Assembly (NCBI GenBank): GCA_002633005.1
Contig: NMRA01000340.1
Location: 295,435 to 359,434 of the forward strand
Length of the DNA: 64,000 bases
Direction: 5' to 3'
DNA from: Phoronis australis
Lineage: Eukaryota; Animalia; Phoronida
Under the pieces are notes generated by a model. That model searched no databases. It saw nothing but the letters and a program-made list of their open reading frames with translations, and was not told the origin of the DNA. Below, piece by piece: positions 34,389-47,883 of this stretch (positions are counted from its first letter, which is position 1; every line of letters starts with the position of its first letter). A program made the translations under genes and the position numbers.

Positions 34389-35580
34389 TGATTTATATTT
34401 ATTGAAGAATACACAGAACATACAAAGAAATAATGACAAACCTAGAAATTGCGAAGCATTATAGCTGGGTTGTAGAGAATTCATAAATGAAACTAATATA
34501 CATAGAAGTATTTGAATTTAAGTAGTATCTAATATAAGTATTCCAATATTTAGATATGCTATTACGAACATATAAAAACAAGAACATGTACAGATTCATG
34601 TATGGAAATCAGAAGCAACAATATATATATACGGTACATAAAAATTGGTAACGTTGCTTAGGAATAATTCATTGAGAACAAGTTCAAGTTTAGGACTACC
34701 ATTCAATAATAATGTAACTTTAGTAGGGATAATATTACAAGAATTGAGAGCTTTAACAATTGATTGGTTTTCATTGAGTGCACGAAAGAGTGAGTCTCTC
34801 AGGTATTCGATGGGACCTTTGAAGAAAACATGAGGATAAGTATGATGGTCACTATATTTACAGTTTGGAGAGACATTACTAAAGTTTTGCTAAACTTGTC
34901 GGAGTTGAAGAAAAGACCGCATCTGGATCTGTACAATGCTTTTTCGTTATCGCAGGGAAAGGAGATCTGAGTCAAGGGTGTTGAGTTACCAAAATTATGA
35001 AAAACAGTTCTAAAATTATTTTTCATACTCGTAAAAGAGTTGCTTTCCTTAACAGAGACTGGAAGAGAATTCCAGTTGCTGATGCACATCATAACTGTAG
35101 ACCTTCTGAATGCCTGACTGAACGAGGGAGGGATTGCGTATGAGATAGAGGATCTCAAATCACTACGATGGCCTTGTCCAGTATATAGATCAAATATTTT
35201 TTAACAGAGGAGCTGTTGACACTGTTTATAAATGTGGTCATGTGAACATTGCGTTGAGTAGACAGCTTGGATCACTTGAGACTATTCAAAACCTTAACAC
35301 TATTGGATCCCCTGTAAGCTCCGGTTATGAGTAAGGCAGCTTGATACTGTAATTTCTCCGAATGCTGGATTGCACCAGTATTGGCAGGCTGACATATTAT
35401 ATCACAATAACAGATGCGTTGAAGTATAAAGGATTTGACCAGAACTTCTAAATGTGTAAAATTCAGATGACGAGAGACAAGCTTAAGTGGGTTAATTAGT
35501 TCCTGAATTTTTTGTTCGAGGTCCCGAACGTGAGGTGTGAATGAGAGCTTTTCATCTAAGCTCATAGTTATCCGCAAGTG
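34389..35580 (-). mobile_element. Second, more decayed 3' fragment of the same LINE family as 20448-22738
   Basis: 34389-35140 aligns closely with 20460-21215 (3' UTR and AIPPSFSQAFRRSTVMMC...); extends into post-RT region (LQYQAALLITGAYRGSN). Confidence 0.9.
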
Positions 35581-35935
35581 AAAACAAAAATGACTTGGAG
35601 TCGAGATATCATCGAGAAAAAGTTATAGTTCGTGAAAAGAAATGTTAGAGTTGCGTAGACATACTTGTGGATCATCATTTAGTTCTTATCTTCTTTAAGT
35701 TTTATAAATCAGTGATGCCAGTATACAAATTAAAATGTTGATTCAAACTTCCGTAACGTCTGTAAACACGAGTATGTAGACACGCATGATATTATGTTGA
35801 GTCTGTCGAAGAGGTACCAGTGTAGTTCATCTATTCAACTAAAAGTCACGTTGCATGCCGGTATTTGTGTGTGCGTCACTTTAACAAAGACGTGACGTGG
35901 TGACAGGAAGTCAGTACCATGTCGACTACCAGCAT

Positions 35936-38900
35936 ATGTCGTGCTGGTGTCGATGCTGCTGCCGGAATGATGAAGAGGGTGTTACCATAAGCACAGTTAC
36001 CACGACCACAGCCACAACCATCACTCTAGTTAAACCTTCTCCTAGCCAAGGTAAGGTGTCAAGAACGTTAATCCGTTTTTTATTGTAATATTTACAATGA
36101 GGGTAGTCCCATCAGTCAAAGTCTTACTGCTTTCCAGGCCACAGTAAAAACTTTATAACACGCAGTTCATAACAGTTCCATGGCACTTTGGAAGATGGTT
36201 TGCAATAGCCATATGCAATAAACTTAAGGGTTGATTGTAAAGAAGAAAGCGAACATAGGGTCCTGTTATATCAAACCCTCTCTCAGAACACCGGAATCCG
36301 TCTTAACATCTTGATGACGGCATGGGAGGAAACTCCTATTGGGCAACTTCTAATGGCTCACGACACTTGTTTTTTCGATTCTTGTCTACTTGGTGCTGAG
36401 CTATGTACTCTCAGTGGCGTTAAGTCATAGAACTCCATGAACGGAATGCTAACCTCAATCTTGCGCAGCTGAAGCTGCGTCGCGCATGTGTTGGTAGTTG
36501 TTTGCATTCGGTTCCTCCGGTGTTGTCTTTGCTATGGAGTATAGGGCTCAGGCTGGAAGTTTAGTTTAGTAAACGAATTAGTTGTAGTACTGCACTGTTA
36601 CCACCGGAAAAGCTCTTCCAAAATGCGATCAATATTTTTGGGACATTTTGCAATCTAAGGGCCAAAAGCATTGTAAAACTGAGGATCATGTGCTTGCATC
36701 CATGGCCACGGGTCGGTGTGTGGAAAGAATGACAATGGTAACTCCTTGACTAACGAGTTTATTCGTCTAATTTTGCCAAGATATCGCGAGATTACGTGAA
36801 CTGTATCTCAAATGTCTCGCTTGATACCATTGTGAAGGATGACTCAAAATAAAACAGAAAACTGTGAACATATGCTTATTTTGATAACAACAACATTCCT
36901 AGTTAGCGGACAATAAAAAACCAGCAAACTTTCAGTTCTTTATAAAACGGAAAACATTCGTTTTCCAAATAAGGAATAATTGAAGGCCATTTTAATTCCG
37001 ATAAGTGGCCTAAATCAAAACTTGTTTTTGAGATAAAGCACGGCTTTAAAACTGTTTTAATTGTAGACTTCAACACGACAGATTGTTGAATTTTACTGAG
37101 AGGAGAAATCTCTTGCTGCAAGTGAGGGGATGATGCATCAGCTTACTTGACAAGGGATGAAAGTTGGCGATTGCCTTTACAAATTACTGAGTAAAAATTA
37201 AGGAAAATTCGGTCGAAAACTAAAAAAGCTGCGGTACACGGATCTTCCAATGGAAAAAAAATGAGAAAAATAAGTAAGAAGGAGGTATTGAAATCGGCGA
37301 CTGGGATACATGTAGGTTGTGAGCGGAGAGGAGAAACAAGTAGAACCCGGGGAGACACTGAGGGAGACAAAAGGGTTATATTGGAGGCGACTGTAAGGGT
37401 TGCCATTAGTGGTGACAGGGGTAGGGGTGATTGGTGGCGACCATTGGAAGAATTTCTACTACGCCAATATCGGAGAAAACTATGACATATTCCCGCCCCC
37501 GTACAGCCAAGCGAGTATACGGCTATGCCTGGTAGGGCGCCCCCTCAGCTACTCACCTGGTAACTATGTATACAACAATACTGAAGAAACGTAGCTGGCG
37601 TGACCGTCGTGTTTCTGTGTTTCACGTTTGTATGAGCAAATTCATTCATATCGTTGTGTTTATCTGGAGTTAGTCATTGTGTGTTGTGTAAACAAATGAA
37701 CTGCAAAAGTAAGTCCATTTGGCCCCCAAGCACGTCACTTCCACCAACGTGACCGATGTTTGAGGAAAAAAGCAACATGAACTTATTTCCAATATTACCG
37801 GGTAATTCTTAATTCAGAAGACTTCACAGAAATTAACACCAGTCACCCATTTAACGCCGTTTTCAATTAATCGCCCCAGTTCTGTAAAGAGCTCAGAAGC
37901 AAACTAGGTTAATAACTGAAATTGCAACATATACTCCGACAATGATTATTTAACTACGGAGTTTTATAAGAGGAGTATTGTTTCTTTGTCACAGTGCGCT
38001 TCAAAGACACAGTGGATGTGCGCTCTTTGTATAAAATGAGAGGAGGACGTGTTCAAACTGACGACACTGGCGCGGTAAGTGACAAAACTATAATCAAGAA
38101 AAAACAATTAGCAAATAAATTGTGGTTTTAAAGAAAGCACCACAAATGATACACTTAAAACAACTTTGGACATATAAATACCCTAGTAATTTCAAATATA
38201 ACACAATCGTGTTTTCATTCTGAAATAAACTAAATAATAAAAACTGTGCCTTGTTTCATTAGTGTAACGACAATGCTGCGGGGGTTTCCCAGGGATTCCC
38301 GTGTCGTCCTAATATATCTATACACAAAACGTGGCGTAGATGAAGTAATTTCCCACGTTAGTTTTTCGTTGAGAGTACGGTGCACTGACGTCCTCATTGG
38401 TCTATTTTCAGATTCCTCTGAGTCGTGAGAGCTCCTCTGATGACACGCCGTCGTAGGTATTCAAATTTTCATTGATTTTACTATTCCACCTGTTGTTAAG
38501 CCTGCCTTGGCGTCTAATAAGGCATTCGGTGATTACCGATAAAGAACTCCTATCATCATCACCATCCCCGCAACTATCACTACTGCACAGGCAGACTTCG
38601 AATGCCGTAATGGGTGCAACCTCAAAGTTAGAAGGGAAATACCCGTGGAATCCATAAAAAGGACACACTTTTGGTAGAAGAGGGCCGGTGCCAATACCCT
38701 GTAAATCCGCCTATGCAATACCATTGCTCTAATAACCAATGTCTTCAACATTTTCACTTCCCACACCACCGTCGGCGCCGCCGCCACCACCGCCACCACC
38801 GCCACAAAACTGTTTAAATCAGCGGAGAAAACTGGTTCCGAAAATGCTGTGGTTCAGTATTACCAAATGTTGGACGGTAACTTGTGTTTAACACTAGCGG
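35936..38900 (+). pseudogene. Possible three-exon gene or relic: Cys-cluster N-terminus, Pro-rich tail (exons 35936-36050, 37995-38074, 38412-)
   Basis: Phase-compatible GT-AG exons give MSCWCRCCCRNDEEG...PSQ|VRFKDTVDVRSLYKMRGGRVQTDDTGA|IPLSRESSSDDTPS* (79 aa); the same frame continues through several stops to PTPPSAPPPPPPPP. No family recognised. Confidence 0.35.
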
Positions 38901-41900
38901 GAAACGGAACTTTACGAGACGTCGTAAGTTTTGACAGAAGTATCAGTTTCGACCCTGTGTTAAAACGAGAGAAAAAGTCCGTAGAATCTAGATTTATGCG
39001 TCGGAACATTTCGGGGCTACACTTTCCAAAGCTTACGTCGACACCAAACTGAAAAACTGTTATTGTAAACATATCATTCTCCTACATTTCAGGTGACCAT
39101 GGTGGAAAGAAAGAAAGAAAAAAACATCAGTTTTCGAATTTCTAAGAGTAAATTTATGTTGAATAATGTGTGCACTTAAACAAGCATTTGTTTAATTTTT
39201 TTCAAAACTTGAGATAGAAAAAAAATATTAGCATTCAATTTTACCTCTTTGATGGCCCTTTGGTCAGTTGGTCTGGTTTTATAAAAGGGAAAACAGCGGT
39301 CCTCAACCGGAAGCGGTGACGCTTTGAACAAGATTCTAAATCTTCAGAAAGCTATGTTCCTTCGCTTTTCAGTTCGGATAACTCCACTTTATGCTTAATG
39401 GCCGAGACGCCCGCAGATTTTCAATCCCATCTCCACACGTTACATTACACTTTCAAGGCATTCTGAGAAGTACTTTAATTAGAGTGTGACTTCACGCGGT
39501 AACACGAACTCTGCACAACGCGGTTACCTCTCGTTTATATTTCCACTTACGAGATCTTAACATACGAGTAGGATGCTGGGGCTGGGTAGAGGGCGAGTGC
39601 CCCCTCATGAAGCGAATGAGCGTCCAGGATNGGAGGCAGAGGCAGTCCAGAAAAAAATTACTCAAACGAAAATTTGACCACAAGTATCTATGCAAGAGTT
39701 ATCCGTTGGAGTCCTTTTTCAGGAATTTTGCGTTAGCCTTCCAGCTTTAACTACTTTTTTAATCGTTGATCGTCTGCGATCACACGAAAACGTGATTTTT
39801 TTTTCAGTATACATAGGCATCAGTACTTCGAAAAAGTACGACAAAACTGGCTATGCTCAAAGCTTTCAGAGACAAGGCAATATGGTTTTATAACTATGGA
39901 CATATCAGCACTTTTCCCAAGCACTTCCAAGAATATTTTTCGTAAGAAAAGCGGTATTAATTAAGTGAGGTTTTGAAGCGGCTCCTTAGGCAGCATACCA
40001 GGAACTAAGTAAATGCACCCTTTCAAAGTATACCCTTTAATGTAAATTAAGCTTTCCCTAAGCTTGACTACAATAAAATGGAACTTAATCTCGAGCTTTT
40101 TTTTACTCTCCGAAGGAGACTAAACTATAACCGAAATTTCCTACAGGTAGGTTAAGCTGTCGGTAAAAACAGAAAAAAAAACAGCGCGACCAAAATCAAA
40201 TCAAAGACCTACAAACGTGACAAATGTTATTACCGGCAAAGTGTAATCGCCTCGTCTGCTTTTCAGTGAATGTGAGATTCAAGCTTTTTGGGAGAGTGCG
40301 AGGAACCGACGAATATGTACTTTCTTCAGTAAGCACAGTTTAAAAGCAAAGTGGTAACTAAAAGGTATCTCAATGTTTCATGTGGTATATTGTAAAAGAG
40401 TATACAACAGAAAGTAAATAATAAAAATGTGAAAATACGACCATTGGCGTTAACGCAAGTTTATTAGAAAAGGGTCACTGGTAGCGGCTAGAGGTATTTC
40501 CGTGGCAACGAAAGCGCGCTCACAATTTGACCTATCGCCAGGATTTCGAGTGACGGCTTAACTGACCATTTAGAACGTAGAATTATTGACACACCTTCGT
40601 TTCCAAGCCGCCATTTTACAAACAACACGGTGCCGGGTAACACTTATTGTTTGTTAGTTGACATTACGCAAGGGGGCGGAGTTTGCGATAGGTCAATTTG
40701 CTACACCAGATCATGTTTTTACTCCTCTTTCTGTTTTTAACCACAAGACTTGAGCCAGAGCAGATTCGCATGTAAGTAAGTTTTTTTGGGAAAGTCATTC
40801 AACGACGTAAATACCATAATGAAATGTGCAAAAAGTGCAAAGATAACCTATTGGCGCAGGTTGTGGGTTGTGAGGGTTGTGGGTCGTGGGGTTCGAGGTG
40901 TGTGGGGTCGAGGGGTTTTTAGAACAATTTGCCTGTAACCTGTTGTCACAAATTTCCCATCCCTTCACCTCTCCCGGTTTCCAACTCTTCCCCTGGATGT
41001 AGTTTTGCGTTTGCAAGTGTATGTTACTGGGGGGGGGGTTCACGAGCCCCACCTATATACGCTTTCTAATGTGCCGAGTAAACGAAGGACCCATTTGCAA
41101 TAATCACCAATGAAAGTATAAACCATTTTTAATCTACATGTATTGCGTTTTGGAATAAACTATACGACCTGGTCGTGTCTTCGATCGAGGTATTTGTGTG
41201 AGGCAAACACAATTGTTATTCCATAATCTTTATTGTAGTAGCAAAAATCAAATAACGCCACAAATGAATTAAAGCAATGTATACAATGCATTGCAACACG
41301 GAAATCACAATAAAATCATGCAACAGATAAATTACTTCTGACAATCTAAATTCAGAGTCATTGATATTTATGTACATATGTGTAGTTTGCTGCCGGATTA
41401 TGGAGCTTATCAAACAGCGTGACACATGGTACGTGGTGTACAAAGAACAAGTATCAGTTTATTACAAACCAGTGGCACATACTGTGACTTTGGTGGGTGC
41501 AATCGATTAATGTAATTGATTGGAATTACTTAAGATAAAATAAATATTGACCAAAACATTATAATACAGCTAACTCCCAAAATATGGCGGCAATCAGTCA
41601 TGACAAGGGATAACCATACATGCTAGTTTATATTAGACAAAGGGACCTGCCTGTAAAAACTAATTATTTGGCTTATGTGTAATTTTCTACAAAATACATA
41701 GGCTACAAATACAACAGAATATTAACTACAATATACATGTAACACTATAAATGCGCAAGTTTTAATTCTGATATAGAACAAATGCAATCCCAGAAAAACT
41801 AACGTTACACCAAATGCAACTTTGAAGATTCTAGCACCAATCATTGACGCATGGGCTTACATGCTAGAATTCAAATCGCATAATAAAATCCACTCAAGCC

Positions 41901-43422
41901 TACATGTTCAATTAAAAACCAATGACCTATAAAAATGCTAACAGTATGGTCGATTTCTCATAAGAACAGCTACTGTACATGTATCTATTGACAAATGGAA
42001 AACGACGGGTTGCATAACACTATAGAAACAATGTGGAAGCTGAAACCATGGATTGTGAGGTTTTTATTAGAGAGGGGGCAAAGAGGTCGGAATTGGCGAA
42101 TGCGTGGAGGCACAGAACCAAGCTTCATGCAAATAAAGAAAAGTTTTCAGTCATTTCACATCACAAGCCCTACAGATGAACACATAAACTTGATTCTCTC
42201 TTGTATTTTTGACCCTTTCACTGCCAATAAAAACCAAGCTAGACTAAAAAAATAGGGGCAAAAATGCAAAATCGGCACCTTTCACCCCAAAACCACCGCT
42301 TCCGTGCCGATGCTCGACTAAAGCCAAAATTAGATTCCGAAAGCAACTTTCCTACCAATACCAAAAATGTGGTCCAAAAGTACTGTCAACCAACTATATT
42401 TTTGCAAATCTGGCTTGTTTGAGGGCTACCTGAAATCTCAGCCAATTTCTCAGTTGATACGCAGCAATGCACAGATTGCAACAGGGGGCCACCATCTTGA
42501 AGAAGAGTGCAGCTACAGCCGAGCAAGTGGCCTTTTTTAATCTCAGCATGTTCACAAATACAAACAAACCACATTCACTTAGCCTACATACAATACCTAA
42601 CTAAAAATACCCCCAAGCCTGGCCTACCCATAGATTTTAATATTTTGGCAGTGCAAATTTGCCACGGCCGCAGCCCAACTGTTCAGTGCCACCTGAAAGT
42701 AGAGAATGGCAGGAAAATGCTAATAGGCCATGGGCCGTAGCTCCAGTCGTTTCATCCTGTGACCATTTCAGGGGGGCAACTTGATTTTTTTTGTATGAAT
42801 AGATAATCAAGCAGTTGATACCTGAAAAGTTCCCACGTTTTAACTTGCATATTTTTTGTAGAAAAACAGTTTTTTGTAAGTCCAAATGTTACATTATTGA
42901 ACAAGAGGTAGCGCTAAATCCAAACAAAAGACTAACATAAGATGGCATCTTCAGTCAATCACAAGCTTAGAAATTAAGTAACTGCAAACCTAATCGAACA
43001 TGGCGGCTCCCTTAGGAGATGCTGTCAATGAATGCTGCATACACTTTCAAGCTGTAAGTTCATCGGATCTGTTGAGTATTTTGAGACTAACATGGGCAAA
43101 AACATTGACTGTGTGAAGGAATGACTTTCCATTAGAGATGAAGACACTAATGAGCACAATGTGTGTCACCAGTTGGCATTTGCATCAAGTAACTTCACGG
43201 ATTGGTGTGAGCAGTATCACAAATCATGTTATTATAATCTTACTGACGTTACGAAGATTGAAAGAGCGAAGAGGAAAGATTGTGAAACTACAAAGTATGC
43301 TGAGAACAGAACCCCCCGATTACGACCAAGATGATGGTGAGTGTTATTTTTTCTGGGAGTATGATAATTCGAGGCAAGGCACCGAGTCAGTGACAGTGTA
43401 GTCAGTGCCTCAATGGGAAGCA

Positions 43423-43660
43423 GGTCACTTCAAACCCAAGTCAACTCGTACCCAGGTCAAATTTCAAAAGTATTTCAAAACTATTTAATTTGGCAAAGCG
43501 GTGATTAAAATCAATCAATAATGCCCCATTTATGCAAAACGACTCAATATTACCTGCTATTTAGTGAATGAAAATGAAAATTTATTAGTTATGTTTTTAG
43601 CACGGGTACGAGTTGACTTGGGTGCGAGTTGGGTAAGGTACAGTACGAACTGACTGGAAA
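43423..43660. mobile_element. MITE with gtcaactcgtaccc subterminal inverted repeats
   Basis: caagtcaactcgtaccc (~43437) inverted at gggtacgagttgacttg (~43604). Confidence 0.55.
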
Positions 43661-44639
43661 GCCCTCATATGCATGACTGGTAAAAAGACTGTGTTCCCTG
43701 GACTCCGTGTCTGGCCTGCTTGTGTTCGCAACGAGCATCCAGGTAATTCATTAATAGGCCCGCGTGATGGCATTCAAATGCAGGTAGGATATATAACCCA
43801 ATAACAAGATGAAAATTTTCTTCTTTTCTCAGTAACCATAACTCTGGGCATGGTGTAAGATATCTATCAAAATTATACTTTTTGTAATGTCCAGGGGTGA
43901 GGGGAGAGGTAATATCCATACTCGAAGCTCAGCTCGAAAATTGACTACAATTCGAGTAAATTCACTTGAATTGTGCAGTGCGGATGATTAGGCTTTGAGT
44001 CGTAGTTAGGAGATTACACCCTGGGCCTAGGTGATTGCCCATTAATGTAATTTTTGACTACGGAATGCGCCTATATCTGGAGCACCACCTTTACATTTTC
44101 AAGCTACTTTTACTCACAAGTTTTGCTAAAAGGCGCATAGGTGCCTGATTTTCAGATGTAGGTGCAGCTTCACACATATGGTCGAAGAATAACGAAATGT
44201 ATAGCAAATATTTTGAGAACAGTCATTTTTATTAAGTTTCTACTCATTTAACATAATTTGTTGATGGTTTGCTTAAAAATTAATTTTGTGCAGTGTTGTT
44301 GGAACACTATCTTCAAAAGTTCCACTTTTATGTGTATTTTGAAATAACAAAATTTATTAGAGGGGGAAGTACAATTTAGAATACCTGCATGATTGTAAAG
44401 ACTTGTGTGCACATTTGAAATGGGTATGTTAATTTTCAAACAAAAATTTGTTTTCAAGACCATTTTGCATACAAACCCATGGGTATGTTTTTCACAGCCG
44501 GCTAGGTCTTGTATATGCACACCTTATTTTGAGTGTTTGCTATCTGTCTTTTGATCATTCTTTGTACTTCCATTCGGTTATTGTAATAAAGAATTGAGTA
44601 CATGTCAACATGTATCGTTTTGTAGGACAGGGTTACAAT

Positions 44640-44785
44640 CAGTGCTGTAGTGGTAAAATTAGAGATAAGTAGACGCCCAAGTCCACCATATCACCTTGAG
44701 CACTGAACGTAATTTACGGCGCTACGTTTAAATGCCAAAGGTGGTTGTCTGCGCCTACGTGCGCGTACGCCCCACCACAGCACTG
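44640..44785. mobile_element. hAT-type MITE nested in Academ
   Basis: TIR cagtgctgtagtgg / ccaccacagcactg; 8-bp TSD gttacaat / gctacaat. Confidence 0.8.
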
Positions 44786-46479
44786 GCTACAATATTTTTA
44801 TACTCTGACAACGGTTTTTATTTTTAATTTGCTTGGTTGTAGGTGGGTTGTTTTTGGATGCTGCTAAGGCATGATTTGACGTGGACCTTTTGATCAGATT
44901 ACAGGGAAGAGATCTGGTAGCACTCGAAATCAAATACCATCGTTCTTGCTACAAAAGCTGACAAAACAGAAATCTGACGATAGTGAAAACTGTGAAATTT
45001 TCACAGATGTATTTCAAGAGTTTTGCTTTGAAGTTGTGGAGCACCGAATAATCTCGCATGGAAGAAATGTTGCATTTGACTCGGTTAAAGTCACTCATCG
45101 AGGAAACTTTGTCCAAAAGAAGTTGTAATTTATGTGTTCGAACTGGAAGTCTGACATCGAAATTACAGAGAATTTACCCTATTCTACAATTCCTTCGTCC
45201 AAAACGGAATCAGAGTGAATTGTTTTTTAACAAAAATTTGTTCCTGTGTAAATTCTGGACTAAAATGCACTGAAGTGTGCAACTGCCAAAACTGTGAGAA
45301 TGTCAAAGTGAGTGATGAAATTGAGTCAGATGATGAGTAACGCTGTGATGGACTTGCATGCCAGCGGGAGGAACTTGGAAAGACATCTTCTCAAGAGATA
45401 GAAACCAGGCTAGTAACTGGATCAGTGAGCCTGGTGATTTGTGAAACATTTTTCTATTTTCATATTTACGTCTCTAGTAATGGCTTTTTATCTTGTTAAT
45501 TTCTCCGCTTTTTGTACTTCATCCAATTGCATTTGTTGTTATTGTATACGTTTGTCTACATTTTTTGACAAATTGTATGCTTTGGACTTGTAGCAATGAT
45601 TGTTTTTGTATGACAGATTAGTAAATGTATGATAAAATAAAGGTGAGACATAGTCAGTTTGATCATTATAGTTTTACCAACAGTAAAAACAGCATAAACA
45701 CTATGAATGATGGTTCCATATTTCGCCAACAGGTGACACCCATAAATTCATATTTCTTCCATAATTCTACATTTTAATTGAAAAATATAACAAAGTATAT
45801 GTTTATTATGACTTAATACAGCCTGTAGGAATATCATCTACAGTATCATCCTTTGTGGACACTTAATTTTCTTCTTTTCTAACTTTTTAATTCCATATAG
45901 AATTTGCTGAATCGGCACAATTTTAACATCAAATTTCACAAAAATGTGCAAGTTTAAATGCGGGAACTTTTTTGATTATTAAAGTACAATGATTTGTGAC
46001 ATCAAAAACACCTGAATTAAATTTCCCCTCTAAAGTGGTCACAGAAGTGGTTTTCTAGGTCTCCTGTGGCCTACGGCCCGTGGCCTATAAGGTCCATTGA
46101 CGTGTGTTCTGATAGGCAAACCCCAGTGAGAACTGTTCTGTGCCTCCTTAAACGAACTAATAGAGTAGTTGTGACAATCTGTTACAACACTGGACATACA
46201 GCGCTATCTATATTTGGCTAGGAAATACAGAATAGACATACAGCACGGAGAGCCCTCGTGGTGAAGTTGTGAGAATACCAGGAAGCAATGTGCACGAAGA
46301 CTCGGTTTTAGCCTACAGAAACACTCTTTATGATGTCCCACAAAGAATCCAAATCAAACAATGGCAAGGCAACAAAAGTAAGCACATTGGAATGCAGCAA
46401 GACCTAGATATTTTTTAACGGATATCAGCAATCATTCTGATTTCATAATCACTGGAAAACACTCAACAATTAATGAAAT

Positions 46480-47340
46480 TATAGGATCGAGGAAGGATGC
46501 ACCCAAACGTTGCCGTTATTTGTTGAAACTTCATTTTAGTAGCCAATGTATGAAACCCCTAGGCCTTCTACACTCCTGGCTTCACCGGCACATGATATAA
46601 ACAACTAAACAACTTTGTTGGCCATTTCTTTTGATAACGCGTCGTGCTTGCTCCAGAATGGCGAAGAACTAAGTACTGTAGCGTCATGTGCTTGCGAGCC
46701 TCCGACCCAGTTTTTCCCACAAATGGGGTTCAAGTCGGCAGACTGTGGAGGCCACTGCATGGGATTTTAAGTTGACTGCTGGTGTGTTGACAATTTGGCC
46801 CGATGAGGTCTTGCATTGTCATCCAACGCCTACTGCATCTGAATAATGTACAGACTGTCGTTCCTGTAGAGAAAAGATGTCATGTTACCATCAATATGCA
46901 CGTGATCAGTACGACCGCTACCAGAGACACCGACCTCGACCATGATACTCCCTTCAACAGAGGGGACATGTAGTTGAACCGTGCAGTCGGCGTAGCACTC
47001 ACCCCTTCTTCGCCAGACTTTTCCTCTGAGAATTTGCGAAGACATGCAGGTCAGGCAGCTTCTTTTCCGACCTGACAATTCGTTTCGTTTTAGTGCTGCT
47101 TTTCTTGCCCTGCTACTACTTTTGTGAAGTCTTCGACGTACGATTGACAGGAAATGTTCATATTCATGACGCGACGTAGATTTTCTCCAATTTGGCAGAT
47201 CACTGGAAACGGTTCTGTAGGCCAATAGCCACAATATCAGGAGCCCGTCCGGGCGTGGCTCTCGTGGAGGACCACATTCTATGTTTTTCTGCACATTTAC
47301 AGTATTGGTAAACATTGAAACAGATTGCAATACATGGAGT
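46480..47340 (-). mobile_element. Decayed Tc1-family transposase
   Basis: Minus-strand motifs IVRRRLH, VWRRRGECY, GSIMV..G, DDNARPHR and WPPQSADLNPI typical of Tc1 transposases; frameshifted; ends not defined. Confidence 0.8.
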
Positions 47341-47883
47341 GAAAAAAGTACGGCAAGTGCAAACATTTCCTATCAAGTGTTATGGTCTGCCTCTACGGTA
47401 CATGTATTTAGGTTACTAAAATTAGGCTAACTTATCAAAGGATGGAGGGATACCTTCAGAAGCAAGTCGTGATTTGGTTATAAGGTTGCAATCTTTATGG
47501 TGTAGCGCTTTGAGCTAAATTATATAGTTTTGAATAGAAATGTTGCCGTAAGGTCGGATGGGATTAGAGTTTGGGGATAGACTCTTAAAGGCGTTACCTA
47601 AACAATTGTTAGCCGAGAAGTTGTTGGTTGCATTGTCCGTCAATCATTATTCATAAAGGACAACATTTTAATATAAATTTATTGCAAAAACACACACACA
47701 AACCACCAGCGTTAATTAATGCAACATCCGAAGTTTTACACGGGGGACCCATTAGTGGTCGTGGCCAGGAAACTAAAATAAAACCGCGTACGTCAAAATG
47801 TGTCCATCAATCACGCATGTCATGTGCAAAGACGTAAAACGACTTCGTTTTGGACACATGTCTCGGCGAAAGTTCGGCTTACG

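Larger units (their letters stand above)
42724..46087 (+). mobile_element. Second Academ transposon, internally deleted
   Basis: TIRs taggccatgggccgtag / ctacggcccgtggccta extending ~140 bp, 3-bp TSD taa; remnants DLVALEIKYHRSCYK (~44910-44955) and C-terminal CSCVNSGLKCTEVCNCQNCEN (~45240-45301). Confidence 0.82.

Noticed and set aside
37400-37594. ORF with PPPY motif as an exon of the 35936 gene
   Set aside because: No convincing splice acceptor with polypyrimidine tract; the motif alone is too weak.
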